Shown here one piece after another: positions 18,369-27,578 of a DNA stretch of 64,000 bases. The notes beneath the pieces were generated by a model. It saw only the letters and a list, made by a program, of their open reading frames with translations. It did no database searches and was not told the origin of the DNA. Position 1 is the first letter of the stretch, and each line of letters opens with the position of its first letter. The DNA is from Alphaproteobacteria bacterium (GTDB lineage Bacteria; Pseudomonadota; Alphaproteobacteria; RF32; CAG-239). Where the stretch lies: assembly GCA_045644765.1 (NCBI GenBank), contig JAZRHM010000013.1:78484-142483 (forward strand). The letters run 5' to 3'. Position numbers and translations under genes: made by a program.

Positions 18369-20211
18369 ATCTTCTGGCAAAAAGTTTTTCAATATCAGAT
18401 AACTTTAATTCCACGTAGGTTGGTCTTCCATGGTTGCATTGTCCGGAATGCTCTGTTTGTTCCATATCTCGTAAAAGCCTGTTCATTTCTTCAATATTCA
18501 AGTTTCTTCCGGCTCTGACAGACCCATGACATGCAATTGTTGCACATATGTGATGCAATTTATCAGTTAAACTAAATTGCGCTCCCCACTCTGCTATTTC
18601 TTGCGCCAAATCTGTTATAAGATTTTTCACATTTGCCTCTGAAATGAGTGCGGGAACTTCGCGAACAATAACCTCAGTAAGTCCAAATTCTTCAAGCACC
18701 AATCCTAGCTTAGCTAATTGTTCTTTTTCTGTAATTATATGTTCTTTTTCTGAAGCGCTTAATTCGATAATTTCAGGTATCAAAAGTATTTGTGTTGCAA
18801 TTTTATTTTCTTGCAATAAAGATAACTTAAGCTTTTCCATCACTATACGCTCATGCGCAGCATGTTGATCAATTATAATTATACTGTCTTTAGTTTGAGA
18901 TATAATGTATGTATCATGAAACTGAGCCTTTGCAACACCTAACGGACCTATAACTTCATCTGATATATTATTATCCGTAGTTTGAGAGGCGACCGTTTTT
19001 ACCGACAACATATTATCAAATTCAGGTAAGTCGGCTTGATAAGATCTCTTCTGAGATGAAACTCTCGAAAAAACATTACTAAAATTTTTAATTTGTTGTG
19101 GGGGTTGTAGCATCCTTACCGGAGACTCTAATGTGCTCACATCTACACTTGAAAAATCTGTAACAGTATCGCTAATAAAAGATGATAAATCCAAATTAGA
19201 AGCAACAGCTTTATCTCCCAGTGATAAAGCCTGCCTGATAGCACCGACCAACAAACCTCTTACATGTGCACTGTCAAAAAATCTGACTTCTGATTTGGTT
19301 GGATGAACATTAACATCCACATAAAAAGGATCAACATCAATAAACAACGCACATACAGGATATCTGTTGCTTGCCAAAACATCTTGATATGCACCTTTTA
19401 TAGCTCCCAACAAAAGCTTATCTCTCACAGGTCTTGAATTTACAAATAAATACTGCGACAAAGAATTAGCCTTATTAAAAGTCGGAAGACTAATATATCC
19501 GCTTATGCTTATTTTTTCTCTTGTAGCATTTATCAAAAGAGAATTATTTGCAAATTCTTGTCCCATAACAGATGACAACCGCTTAAGACGAGCTTCATGT
19601 AAATCGCCACTAAGAGCTTCTAATGCGACTTTCTTTTTACCATCAGAATATAAATAAAAAGAAATGTACGGATTTGCAATTGCTATTCGGTTTAATATAT
19701 CAATACATTGTGCCGTTTCAGTTGAATCATTTTTTAAAAATTTTAAGCGTACAGGTGTCGTATAAAACAGATCTCTTATCTCAATTCTGGTACCTTGAGA
19801 AAGAGCCGCCGGCATAATTTCAGATTGTATTCCTCCATTTACTTCTATTTTATAAGCATCGTCAACATTTTTTTCTTTACTGATAATGCTCATTTTGGCT
19901 ACTGCGCCAATTGAAGGTAACGCTTCACCTCTAAACCCTAAATGATTAATATTAAATAAATCATCGTTTTCAAGTTTTGATGTAGCGTGTCTTTTAATTG
20001 CAACAGATAACTCATTCGGCGACATACCTTTTCCATCATCGGCAACAACTATAAGATTTTTTCCGCCTCCTGCCAGAGTAACCTCAATTCTGGTTGCTTT
20101 TGCATCTATAGCATTTTCAACTAACTCTTTTACAACAGAAGCTGGTCTTTCTATAACTTCTCCTGCTGCAATTTGGTTTATCAGGTTATCCGGCAGAACG
20201 CGTATTGTCAT
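18367..20211 (-). CDS. mutL: DNA mismatch repair protein MutL
   Basis: NQIAAGEVIERPASVVKELVENAIDA GHKL ATPase motif, and a C-terminal ...HGRPT endonuclease/dimerisation region. Confidence 0.93.
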   Translation of the reverse strand: MTIRVLPDNLINQIAAGEVIERPASVVKELVENAIDAKATRIEVTLAGGGKNLIVVADDGKGMSPNELSVAIKRHATSKLENDDLFNINHLGFRGEALPSIGAVAKMSIISKEKNVDDAYKIEVNGGIQSEIMPAALSQGTRIEIRDLFYTTPVRLKFLKNDSTETAQCIDILNRIAIANPYISFYLYSDGKKKVALEALSGDLHEARLKRLSSVMGQEFANNSLLINATREKISISGYISLPTFNKANSLSQYLFVNSRPVRDKLLLGAIKGAYQDVLASNRYPVCALFIDVDPFYVDVNVHPTKSEVRFFDSAHVRGLLVGAIRQALSLGDKAVASNLDLSSFISDTVTDFSSVDVSTLESPVRMLQPPQQIKNFSNVFSRVSSQKRSYQADLPEFDNMLSVKTVASQTTDNNISDEVIGPLGVAKAQFHDTYIISQTKDSIIIIDQHAAHERIVMEKLKLSLLQENKIATQILLIPEIIELSASEKEHIITEKEQLAKLGLVLEEFGLTEVIVREVPALISEANVKNLITDLAQEIAEWGAQFSLTDKLHHICATIACHGSVRAGRNLNIEEMNRLLRDMEQTEHSGQCNHGRPTYVELKLSDIEKLFARR

Positions 20212-20212
20212 T

Positions 20213-21862
20213 TTATTGCTTTCTAAATTTTTTGATTTGTTTAATCAAAGATAAAGTAGAGCTATCGTGAGAAACACCAAATGCACTTCCTTCTAATTCC
20301 GGTAATATATTAAGAGCCATTTGTTTACCGAGCTCAACACCCATCTGATCAAAAGAATTAACATTCCATATAACCCCTTGAACAAAAACTTTCTGTTCAT
20401 ATAAGGCTATGAGCATTCCAAGTGAAAACGGATCAATTGTTTTAAACAACAGTGTGTTAGAAGGACGATTTCCTTCAAAGCTTTTATACTTTTTCAAAGC
20501 TTCAACAACTTCTTTGCTTTTTCCGGCTTTTTCAAGTTCTGTAGCAGCTTCTTCAACTGTTTTGCCCCACATAAGAGCTTCACCTTGAGCCAAAACATTT
20601 GACATTAAAATCTGATGATGATTACCCATCTCATTATGAGAAATTGCAGGGATAATAAAATCTGTCGGCACCATCTGTGTTCCCTGATGCAAAAGTTGGA
20701 AAAAAGAATGCTGAACATTGGTTCCTGCACCTCCAAATACAACAGGACCTGTTGCATAATCTACAAAATGATTATTTTTATCAACTGATTTTCCATTACT
20801 TTCCATATCAAGTTGTTGTAAATATGCCGGTAAATATTGTAAATATTGGTCATATGCAATAACCGCATAGCGATGAACATCAAAAAAGTTGTTATACCAA
20901 ATACCAAGCATAGCCATAACAACAGGTATATTTTCATGCAATTCTGCCGTTCTGAAATGCTCATCCATAGTATAAGCACCTTCAAGCAATTTTTCAAAAT
21001 TTTCATAACCAACGGCTATCGCAATAATAAGCCCGATTGCTGACCACAAAGAATAGCGTCCGCCGACAAAATCCCAAAATTCGAACATATTTTCTGTATT
21101 GATACCAAACTTTTCAACTTCAGCCTTGTTCGTAGAAAGAGCAACAAAGTGCTTATCGACAGCGTCTTTACCTAAAGCATTTACAAGCCATTGACGACAA
21201 GTTTTTGCATTGGTTAATGTTTCGATTGTAGTAAACGTTTTTGAAGCAACAATAAACAATGTCGTTTCAGGATCAATCTTATTTAAAACTTCTGCGCAAG
21301 CTGTTCCGTCAATATTTGAAATAAAATAGCAATTAATGTCTTTTGCCCAATATTTACGTAGAGCTTCACAAACCATTACCGGACCTAAATCTGAACCACC
21401 TATACCGATATTTACAATATTAGTAAGTTTCTTACCTGTAGCTCCCTTAAACTCACCCGAACGAACAGCTTCAGAAAAACTTTTAATCTTTTGCAAAACA
21501 TCATTAATCTTTGGCATAACGTTTTCATTATCACTAAAGATAGCTCTTTTAGATCTGTTACGGAGAGCAATATGTAAAACTGAACGATTTTCTGTATTGT
21601 TGATTTTTACACCATCAAACATATCTTTAATTTTTTCTTCTAACTTACACTCTTTTGCCAAAGCAATCAGATTATCCATAACTTTGTCATCAAAACGATT
21701 TTTAGAATAATCAAGATACATATCTTTGAGTTTTAAAGTATATTTTTTAGCTCTTTTATCATCAGCTAAAAACAAATCTCTCATATGTATATTTTTAATT
21801 CTTTTATATTCTTTTTGAAGTCTTTTCCAAGCTTTGGGTTTATTACTTTTGAGTCCAAACAT
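20213..21862 (-). CDS. pgi: Glucose-6-phosphate isomerase
   Basis: 549 aa with PGI signatures (GIGGSDLGP, ...GGRYSLWSAIG...). The stop codon is 1 nt from the mutL ATG. Confidence 0.93.
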   Translation of the reverse strand: MFGLKSNKPKAWKRLQKEYKRIKNIHMRDLFLADDKRAKKYTLKLKDMYLDYSKNRFDDKVMDNLIALAKECKLEEKIKDMFDGVKINNTENRSVLHIALRNRSKRAIFSDNENVMPKINDVLQKIKSFSEAVRSGEFKGATGKKLTNIVNIGIGGSDLGPVMVCEALRKYWAKDINCYFISNIDGTACAEVLNKIDPETTLFIVASKTFTTIETLTNAKTCRQWLVNALGKDAVDKHFVALSTNKAEVEKFGINTENMFEFWDFVGGRYSLWSAIGLIIAIAVGYENFEKLLEGAYTMDEHFRTAELHENIPVVMAMLGIWYNNFFDVHRYAVIAYDQYLQYLPAYLQQLDMESNGKSVDKNNHFVDYATGPVVFGGAGTNVQHSFFQLLHQGTQMVPTDFIIPAISHNEMGNHHQILMSNVLAQGEALMWGKTVEEAATELEKAGKSKEVVEALKKYKSFEGNRPSNTLLFKTIDPFSLGMLIALYEQKVFVQGVIWNVNSFDQMGVELGKQMALNILPELEGSAFGVSHDSSTLSLIKQIKKFRKQ

Positions 21863-21879
21863 ATTAACTTTTACTCCTT

Positions 21880-23280
21880 TTACTTAATTGTTCCTATTAC
21901 CACTTCTTTAGGTTGTTTATTATAATATTGCGCAGCTGCTTTATTTACTTCTGCCAATGTAACGTTTTCTACATAATTGTTCCTTTTTTGTAAAAAATCC
22001 AGCCCTAATTTATACTTTTGCATCTGTGTAAGCATTTTTGAAAGCTCTAAAGTTGATTTAAAACGCAAATTGTATGATGCTAAAAGATATTTTTTAGCAT
22101 TTAATAACTCTTTCTTTGTCACACCTTTAGATGCAAATTTTTTCATTTGTTTTTTCAAAATTTTTTTCACTTTTTCATAATTTTCCGGCACACAAGAAAA
22201 ACCTCCAATTATAAGAGGTGCCAATTCTTCAGCATCTAAATATGTATAGATGCCATATGTTAATCCTTCTTTTTCTCTTGAAGCCACAGAAATCCTTGAT
22301 GTAAGGCCTGATCCACCAAATATGTGATTTGCTATATATAACGGATAAAAATTTGAATCTGTGCGTTTCACACCTTCCAACGCAAACGAACTTATGACTT
22401 GCGCCGTGTCTCTTTGTATTATAACCGGTTCTGAAGAATAATCTATGTCCGGCTTGTTTAATTGTACTCTACCATTTGTTTGTTCAAGAGAACCGAACAC
22501 TTCATCAATATAATCTATAAGTTCATCTTTTGAAATATTTCCGGCAACACTAATAATTAGATTATCTTTTACAAATGAACCGGTTATAAAGTTTTTAATA
22601 TCAGATACTTCTAAGCTTGCCACATCTTCTGCCATCTCATCTATTGTTCTGGAATACGGATGATTTTTAAAAAGTTCTTTTGTAAATTGTAAGCTAAGTT
22701 CCGTTTTCGGATTTTCCTTTTGTGTTTTTACTAACACTTCAAACTGTTTTTGCAGAGTTTTTAAAAAACTTTCATCTAAACGAGGTTCGTATAAAACTTT
22801 TTTTAATATATCAAATGCCAGTTTTTTATTATTTGATGTTGATATATTTGTTTCATTGGAATGTATATTAATTGTCGGAGATGTCATAAACCCGTTGAAA
22901 TAATCATTATCCGTACCAAATCCGATATATATTCCGTTTATATCCAACAAATCGTGATAAGCTTTATAATCATAATCTTTAGTACCTCCATCAAGCATTT
23001 GTGCCGTTATTAAAGATACACCTTTTTTATCTTCATCATCGTAAGCCGTACCCGCTCTGTTAAAAGAAAAGCTTACGCTTATAAGATCAACGCTACGATC
23101 TTCAAGCAACCAAACCTTTATTCCTGCAGGTGTAATAAACTCTGTCGGTTTATTATTAAATGTTCTGCCTTTTAACTCTGACTCTTCAGCAATTTTATCA
23201 AAATCTATAAAGCTGTTTTTGTAAAAACAAAAACCCACAATGGAAATTGTAACAAATATATAAGCAAAAAACTTATTCAT
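21880..23280 (-). CDS. M16-family peptidase, non-catalytic partner subunit (no HxxEH). Start moved to MNKFFAY...
   Basis: M16 fold similarity, N-terminal TM/signal, 8-nt overlap with the upstream active M16 gene. The track start at 23319 looks over-extended. Confidence 0.75.
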   Translation of the reverse strand: MNKFFAYIFVTISIVGFCFYKNSFIDFDKIAEESELKGRTFNNKPTEFITPAGIKVWLLEDRSVDLISVSFSFNRAGTAYDDEDKKGVSLITAQMLDGGTKDYDYKAYHDLLDINGIYIGFGTDNDYFNGFMTSPTINIHSNETNISTSNNKKLAFDILKKVLYEPRLDESFLKTLQKQFEVLVKTQKENPKTELSLQFTKELFKNHPYSRTIDEMAEDVASLEVSDIKNFITGSFVKDNLIISVAGNISKDELIDYIDEVFGSLEQTNGRVQLNKPDIDYSSEPVIIQRDTAQVISSFALEGVKRTDSNFYPLYIANHIFGGSGLTSRISVASREKEGLTYGIYTYLDAEELAPLIIGGFSCVPENYEKVKKILKKQMKKFASKGVTKKELLNAKKYLLASYNLRFKSTLELSKMLTQMQKYKLGLDFLQKRNNYVENVTLAEVNKAAAQYYNKQPKEVVIGTIK

Positions 23281-24592
23281 CAGATTTATCCCCATTTTCT
23301 TCAGGTAATAGAAAAGCACTGATATTTGTGGACGATGTTAACATATCAGAAACGGCTTTTTTCACATCTTCCAAACCAACACCTTTTACATACTCTGCAT
23401 AAGCCTCTATTTTATTGATGGGAAAACCAAGTGTATAAAACCTTCCCATAACTGAAGCAGCACTTTCCGGATCATCTTGCATATAAACAAGAGATGATAA
23501 TATTTTTTTCTTTTCTTCTTCCAGTTGTTTCTCTCCAAAGGAACTAAGAGCTTCCAGCAATGCTTTGTTGACTATTTCTTCGACATTGGAAACTTCATCA
23601 GACACAACAGAAATTGCGAACGTTCCCTGCCCTCTGTTAAACGCATCACAAGAAGAAGATGCTGATATCATTTTTCCTGTTAAAACATAATTTCTTTTCA
23701 AATAACTATTATCGGTTTCTCCGAAATAATTTGAAAATAACATAAGAGGTAAAATATGATTAAAATCTTTATTAGTTTTATTAATGATATATTTTTTTAT
23801 ATATCTCGCTTGTTTAATATCTCCAAGTTTTTGCTCTAACTTAAAAGAAGCATTTTTTACGACATCAAAACTGACTGTTTCAGGCTTATTTTTTTTATTA
23901 GGAATGGATTGGAAATATTTATTTACAAGTTTTTTGGCCGTTACAACATCTATATCACCTGATAAAATTAAAACAGCATTATCCGGAGAATAATACGTAT
24001 CATAAAAAGAAATAACATCTTCTTTTGTAATAGATAAAATTTCATCTTCCAAACCTGTAACAGGTCTTGCATACGGATTATTTTGCCACAATGTCTTATT
24101 TAATATTTCACCAAAACCTGCAAACGGATTATTGGAAACGCGTTGTTTTCTTTCTTGAAAAACAATTTTTCTTTCTGTTTCAAAAGCTTCATCATCTATC
24201 TGCAAATGTTGCATCCTGTCAGCTTCTAAAGCCAGAGCCACTTCTAAACGAGATATATCCAAAAATTCATGATACACAGTAAAATCATGAGATGTGAAAG
24301 CATTACTGTCCCCACCATGGGCTTCTATTATATCATTAAAAGAAGAACCTTTAACTTTTTTAGTTCCTCTAAACATTAAATGTTCCAAAAGATGAGCCAA
24401 TCCGCCTTTTCCTAGAGGTTCATCAACGCTTCCGACTTTATACCAAAGCATCAATTTTACAACAGGAGCTTTATGGTTTGGAATAACTACGACCTTTAAT
24501 CCATTATCCAAAGTAAAATCTTGTGCACCAAAAATCCTAGCATCTGCAGTGCTTATAAAAAAACACAAAATAAAGACTAAGACTTTTAACAT
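23273..24592 (-). CDS. M16-family zinc peptidase (pitrilysin-like, catalytic subunit). Start moved to MLKVLVFILCFFISTADA
   Basis: HLLEHLMFRGT (HxxEH) zinc motif. Signal peptide from the ATG at 24592 with AAGGA 8 nt upstream. The track extension to 24670 overlaps a separate small lipoprotein ORF in another frame. Confidence 0.85.
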   Translation of the reverse strand: MLKVLVFILCFFISTADARIFGAQDFTLDNGLKVVVIPNHKAPVVKLMLWYKVGSVDEPLGKGGLAHLLEHLMFRGTKKVKGSSFNDIIEAHGGDSNAFTSHDFTVYHEFLDISRLEVALALEADRMQHLQIDDEAFETERKIVFQERKQRVSNNPFAGFGEILNKTLWQNNPYARPVTGLEDEILSITKEDVISFYDTYYSPDNAVLILSGDIDVVTAKKLVNKYFQSIPNKKNKPETVSFDVVKNASFKLEQKLGDIKQARYIKKYIINKTNKDFNHILPLMLFSNYFGETDNSYLKRNYVLTGKMISASSSCDAFNRGQGTFAISVVSDEVSNVEEIVNKALLEALSSFGEKQLEEEKKKILSSLVYMQDDPESAASVMGRFYTLGFPINKIEAYAEYVKGVGLEDVKKAVSDMLTSSTNISAFLLPEENGDKSDE

Positions 24593-24602
24593 AATAAATT
24601 CC

Positions 24603-24767
24603 TTATTCGGGAAGCAAATCGAAATCAGGTGGTAAATCGAGAGCTTTTCTGGTTTCCACCTTTGTTTCATCAGGCGTATTTTTAGCCAGACCTAAATCTT
24701 TTTTTGTTAGGCCACAACCACTTAAAGCAAAACAAACAAAAAGTACCAATGCTAAAATTTTTCTCAT
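24603..24767 (-). CDS. Small lipoprotein (54 aa), not in the ORF track
   Basis: MRKILALVLFVCFALSGCGLTKKDLGLAKNTPDETKVETRKALDLPPDFDLLPE. Lipobox LSGC. Its ATG overlaps the lspA stop as ATGA, and its stop lies 10 nt before the M16 start. Confidence 0.65.
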   Translation of the reverse strand: MRKILALVLFVCFALSGCGLTKKDLGLAKNTPDETKVETRKALDLPPDFDLLPE

Positions 24768-25255
24768 TTCAAACCTTCCTTTTTACCGGATTTTATATTT
24801 AACAAACTATGTAAAACTATTATAAAAGCACCTATACATATAAAACTATCAGCGACATTAAATGCCGGCCAATGTATATTTTCATAGTGAAAATCTAAGA
24901 AATCATAGACCGCACCAAAATAAATTCTATCTATAACATTACCAAGCGCTCCGCCAATAATCATACCAAGAGCAACTTTAATCATGTTATCATTTTCCTT
25001 TCTTAGCCATAAAAGTAAAAATATAATAACACCTATAGCAAACAAGCTTAATATTATTATTCCGGTCAAACCACCATTGTTAAACATAGAAAAGCTGACA
25101 CCGGTGTTCCAAGCCTCTACCAAATTAAAAAAGCTGCAAAAATCAACCGGAGATATCGCATTATCAAAATAATGACGAACGAAGTACTTACTCAGCTGAT
25201 CAGCCAGTGTAACAATTAATGCAATACTTAAACCTAAAAACACATCATACTCCAA
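24764..25255 (-). CDS. lspA: Lipoprotein signal peptidase (signal peptidase II)
   Basis: ADQLSK..., NTGVSFS, and VDFLDFH...WPAFNVADSFI catalytic Asp motifs. TTG start in the track. Confidence 0.9.
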   Translation of the reverse strand: MEYDVFLGLSIALIVTLADQLSKYFVRHYFDNAISPVDFCSFFNLVEAWNTGVSFSMFNNGGLTGIIILSLFAIGVIIFLLLWLRKENDNMIKVALGMIIGGALGNVIDRIYFGAVYDFLDFHYENIHWPAFNVADSFICIGAFIIVLHSLLNIKSGKKEGLK

Positions 25256-25344
25256 AATAAACCCATACTAGCCGACATTATAAAAAATTTATTCTGTAAT
25301 AAAAGCATCTTTTATGAAATATACCAAAAAAAATTATAAATGAT

Positions 25345-26070
25345 TTATTTTATGAGTTGTTTTATTACATAATTTGCCATAGTCAGACCAAATATTGCTG
25401 TAATTGTCGGCAATGAACCTAAAATATTTTTTTGCCCCTTATCCGTTAAGGTTATGGCTGAAGCAGGTAAAGATATTTGCTCATCAGAAAAAACACATGT
25501 TACACGACTAATATCAACACCAAGTTTTTTTAAATTTTGCCGTACATTTCTAGCCATTGAACAATTTTGCGTTTGATTTAATTTAACGATTTTAATGCTC
25601 TCTGTATCTGTTTTTAATGCGGCACCCATTGATGATATAAAATCAATATTCTTATCAATTAATGCTTTTATTAACATACATTTAGGCTTTATACTATCTA
25701 TCGCATCAATAACAAAATCAGGGTTGGAAGAAAGAAGCTCATCTACATTATTTTCATCAACAAACATATCTTTAATAATAACATTACAATCCGGATTAAT
25801 CTCTTTGACACGCTCAAGAGCAATCTGTGTCTTTTTCTTACCGATTGTAGAGCTGAGAGCTAAAATCTGGCGGTTTATGTTTGTTTCATCAAACTCATCA
25901 AAATCTACCAAAACTAAATTACCGACACCGGAACGAGCTATCGCTTCCAATGCATAACCTCCAACGGCACCAAGACCTACAATCATCACTGTTGATGACT
26001 TAATTTTTTCCATTGCTTCATTACCCAACAAGGCAGAAGTTCTTACAAACCTATTATTTTTCATTTTCAT
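25345..26070 (-). CDS. tcdA: tRNA threonylcarbamoyladenosine dehydratase (ThiF/E1-like, TcdA/CsdL family)
   Basis: Rossmann motif VMIVGLGAVGGYALEAIARSG, then VDFDEFDETNINRQ. Start uncertain (26064, 26070 or 26091). Overlaps the tatD-like stop. Confidence 0.8.
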   Translation of the reverse strand: MKMKNNRFVRTSALLGNEAMEKIKSSTVMIVGLGAVGGYALEAIARSGVGNLVLVDFDEFDETNINRQILALSSTIGKKKTQIALERVKEINPDCNVIIKDMFVDENNVDELLSSNPDFVIDAIDSIKPKCMLIKALIDKNIDFISSMGAALKTDTESIKIVKLNQTQNCSMARNVRQNLKKLGVDISRVTCVFSDEQISLPASAITLTDKGQKNILGSLPTITAIFGLTMANYVIKQLIK

Positions 26071-26773
26071 ACAACTCCATAGCATTATCATATAAAGATA
26101 ATATTAAATCTTCAAGTTTTTCATTTCGTATAACAGCAATTTTCTTTACCAGCATCTCTAAATCCGTAACATCACTTTGATACGGGGCATCTGTTTCTAC
26201 GAGCATCTTTTCAACTGGAGTTTTAAGTAAAATCTCATTAGACTGCTTATTGTTAAAAATTTTTATATTAAAAGACACATACCCATTATGAGAAATTATC
26301 CGATTAAGTTGTTCAATATGTGCATTAAATGAGTGAAAAACAAAGCGTTTAGGTAATATTTGCCAGATATTTTCCATCCATACATCTGCTTTTACTGCAT
26401 GAATAAGTAATGTTCTGTTATATTTTTTAGCTAAATCAATTTGAGATAGAAACACCTCTTTTTGTTCTTCATAAACCGGATTTTTTAATCTGTCAAATCC
26501 ACATTCTCCAACCATAGCAGATGGATATTTTATTAAATATTTTTCAAGTTCAGTTATCCAAGTTTTACTTTTAGTGTCAACATACCACGGATGAAGTCCG
26601 AATGCAGGAACAACAATATCAGTATATTTTTCATATAATAGCGCAACTTTTTCCCAATCTTCTTGTTTTGCACTTACACAAATGCATTTCGATATTTTAC
26701 CTGTTTTTAGTAAGTCAATAATATCTGCATTATCAAAATCTTGCAAATGAATATGTGTATCAAAATAAGCCAT
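26054..26773 (-). CDS. TatD-family metal-dependent hydrolase/DNase
   Basis: MAYFDTHIHLQDFD (HxH), plus ...LIHAV... and ETDAPY motifs. Confidence 0.85.
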   Translation of the reverse strand: MAYFDTHIHLQDFDNADIIDLLKTGKISKCICVSAKQEDWEKVALLYEKYTDIVVPAFGLHPWYVDTKSKTWITELEKYLIKYPSAMVGECGFDRLKNPVYEEQKEVFLSQIDLAKKYNRTLLIHAVKADVWMENIWQILPKRFVFHSFNAHIEQLNRIISHNGYVSFNIKIFNNKQSNEILLKTPVEKMLVETDAPYQSDVTDLEMLVKKIAVIRNEKLEDLILSLYDNAMELYENEK

Positions 26774-26810
26774 AAAAAAATCTCCTAAATTAATAATAGG
26801 AGATTTTTTT
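26774..26810 (-). terminator. Terminator after the elbB-like gene; its 3' arm contains the SD of the tatD-like gene
   Basis: Minus strand: aaaaaaaucuccu-auuauuaauuu-aggagauuuuuuu-AUG. Confidence 0.7.
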
Positions 26811-26825
26811 GTTTTTTAAAGCTAA

Positions 26826-27488
26826 TTAAATCAGTTTCAACAAAGCTTTTATCATATTATCAGCACCTTCGCAAACTTCTTTTATTGAATTTGCAAGCAT
26901 ATAGGCCGGAGTGGTAACCACTTTATGAATTTCATCAATACAAACATCTACGACATTGGTATTCTCGTGAATAGCACCTGTCATAGCAACAGATGCTGCC
27001 ACTTTTTCATCATTTCCTATTGTCACTTTTACTCCTTCAGAGCCTAAAACTTTTGCTATCAATACAGGAGCTATACACATTGCGCCTATCGGAAGATGAT
27101 TTTGATAACTATCCAAAATCGCTTTTCTGACAGATGTTTCAACCTGACAGCTTACACCGCTTACCGAAAAATCACACCAATTTATTACGGCTCCTATCCC
27201 TCCGGGAAAAACAACTGCATCGAAATCTTTCGGATTAAATTCTTTCAAACTTTTAATATTACCTCTTGCAATTCTGGCAGATTCTACCAATACATTTCTG
27301 TCTTCTTCTACTCTTTTGCCTGTTATATGATTTACAACCATTGCCTGATTAATATCAGGCGCAAAACATTGATAAGTACAATTTTGACAATCTATTGCAA
27401 GCATTGCGCAAGTTGTTTCATGGATTTCCGATCCGTCAGATCTTCCGCAACCGGATAATATAATTGCAAAATGAGGATTTTTTTTCAT
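26826..27488 (-). CDS. elbB: DJ-1/PfpI-family protein, ElbB-like (isoprenoid biosynthesis glyoxalase)
   Basis: MKKNPHFAIILSGCGRSDGSEIHE N-terminus characteristic of ElbB, and ...AMCIAP nucleophile elbow. Confidence 0.8.
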   Translation of the reverse strand: MKKNPHFAIILSGCGRSDGSEIHETTCAMLAIDCQNCTYQCFAPDINQAMVVNHITGKRVEEDRNVLVESARIARGNIKSLKEFNPKDFDAVVFPGGIGAVINWCDFSVSGVSCQVETSVRKAILDSYQNHLPIGAMCIAPVLIAKVLGSEGVKVTIGNDEKVAASVAMTGAIHENTNVVDVCIDEIHKVVTTPAYMLANSIKEVCEGADNMIKALLKLI

Positions 27489-27578
27489 ATTTACCGCCCT
27501 TTTTAAAAAATTATGGTTGATTTATACTATAGGGGTAATATAATACTGTCAATCAAGATTTTAAATAGGATATTAAAT

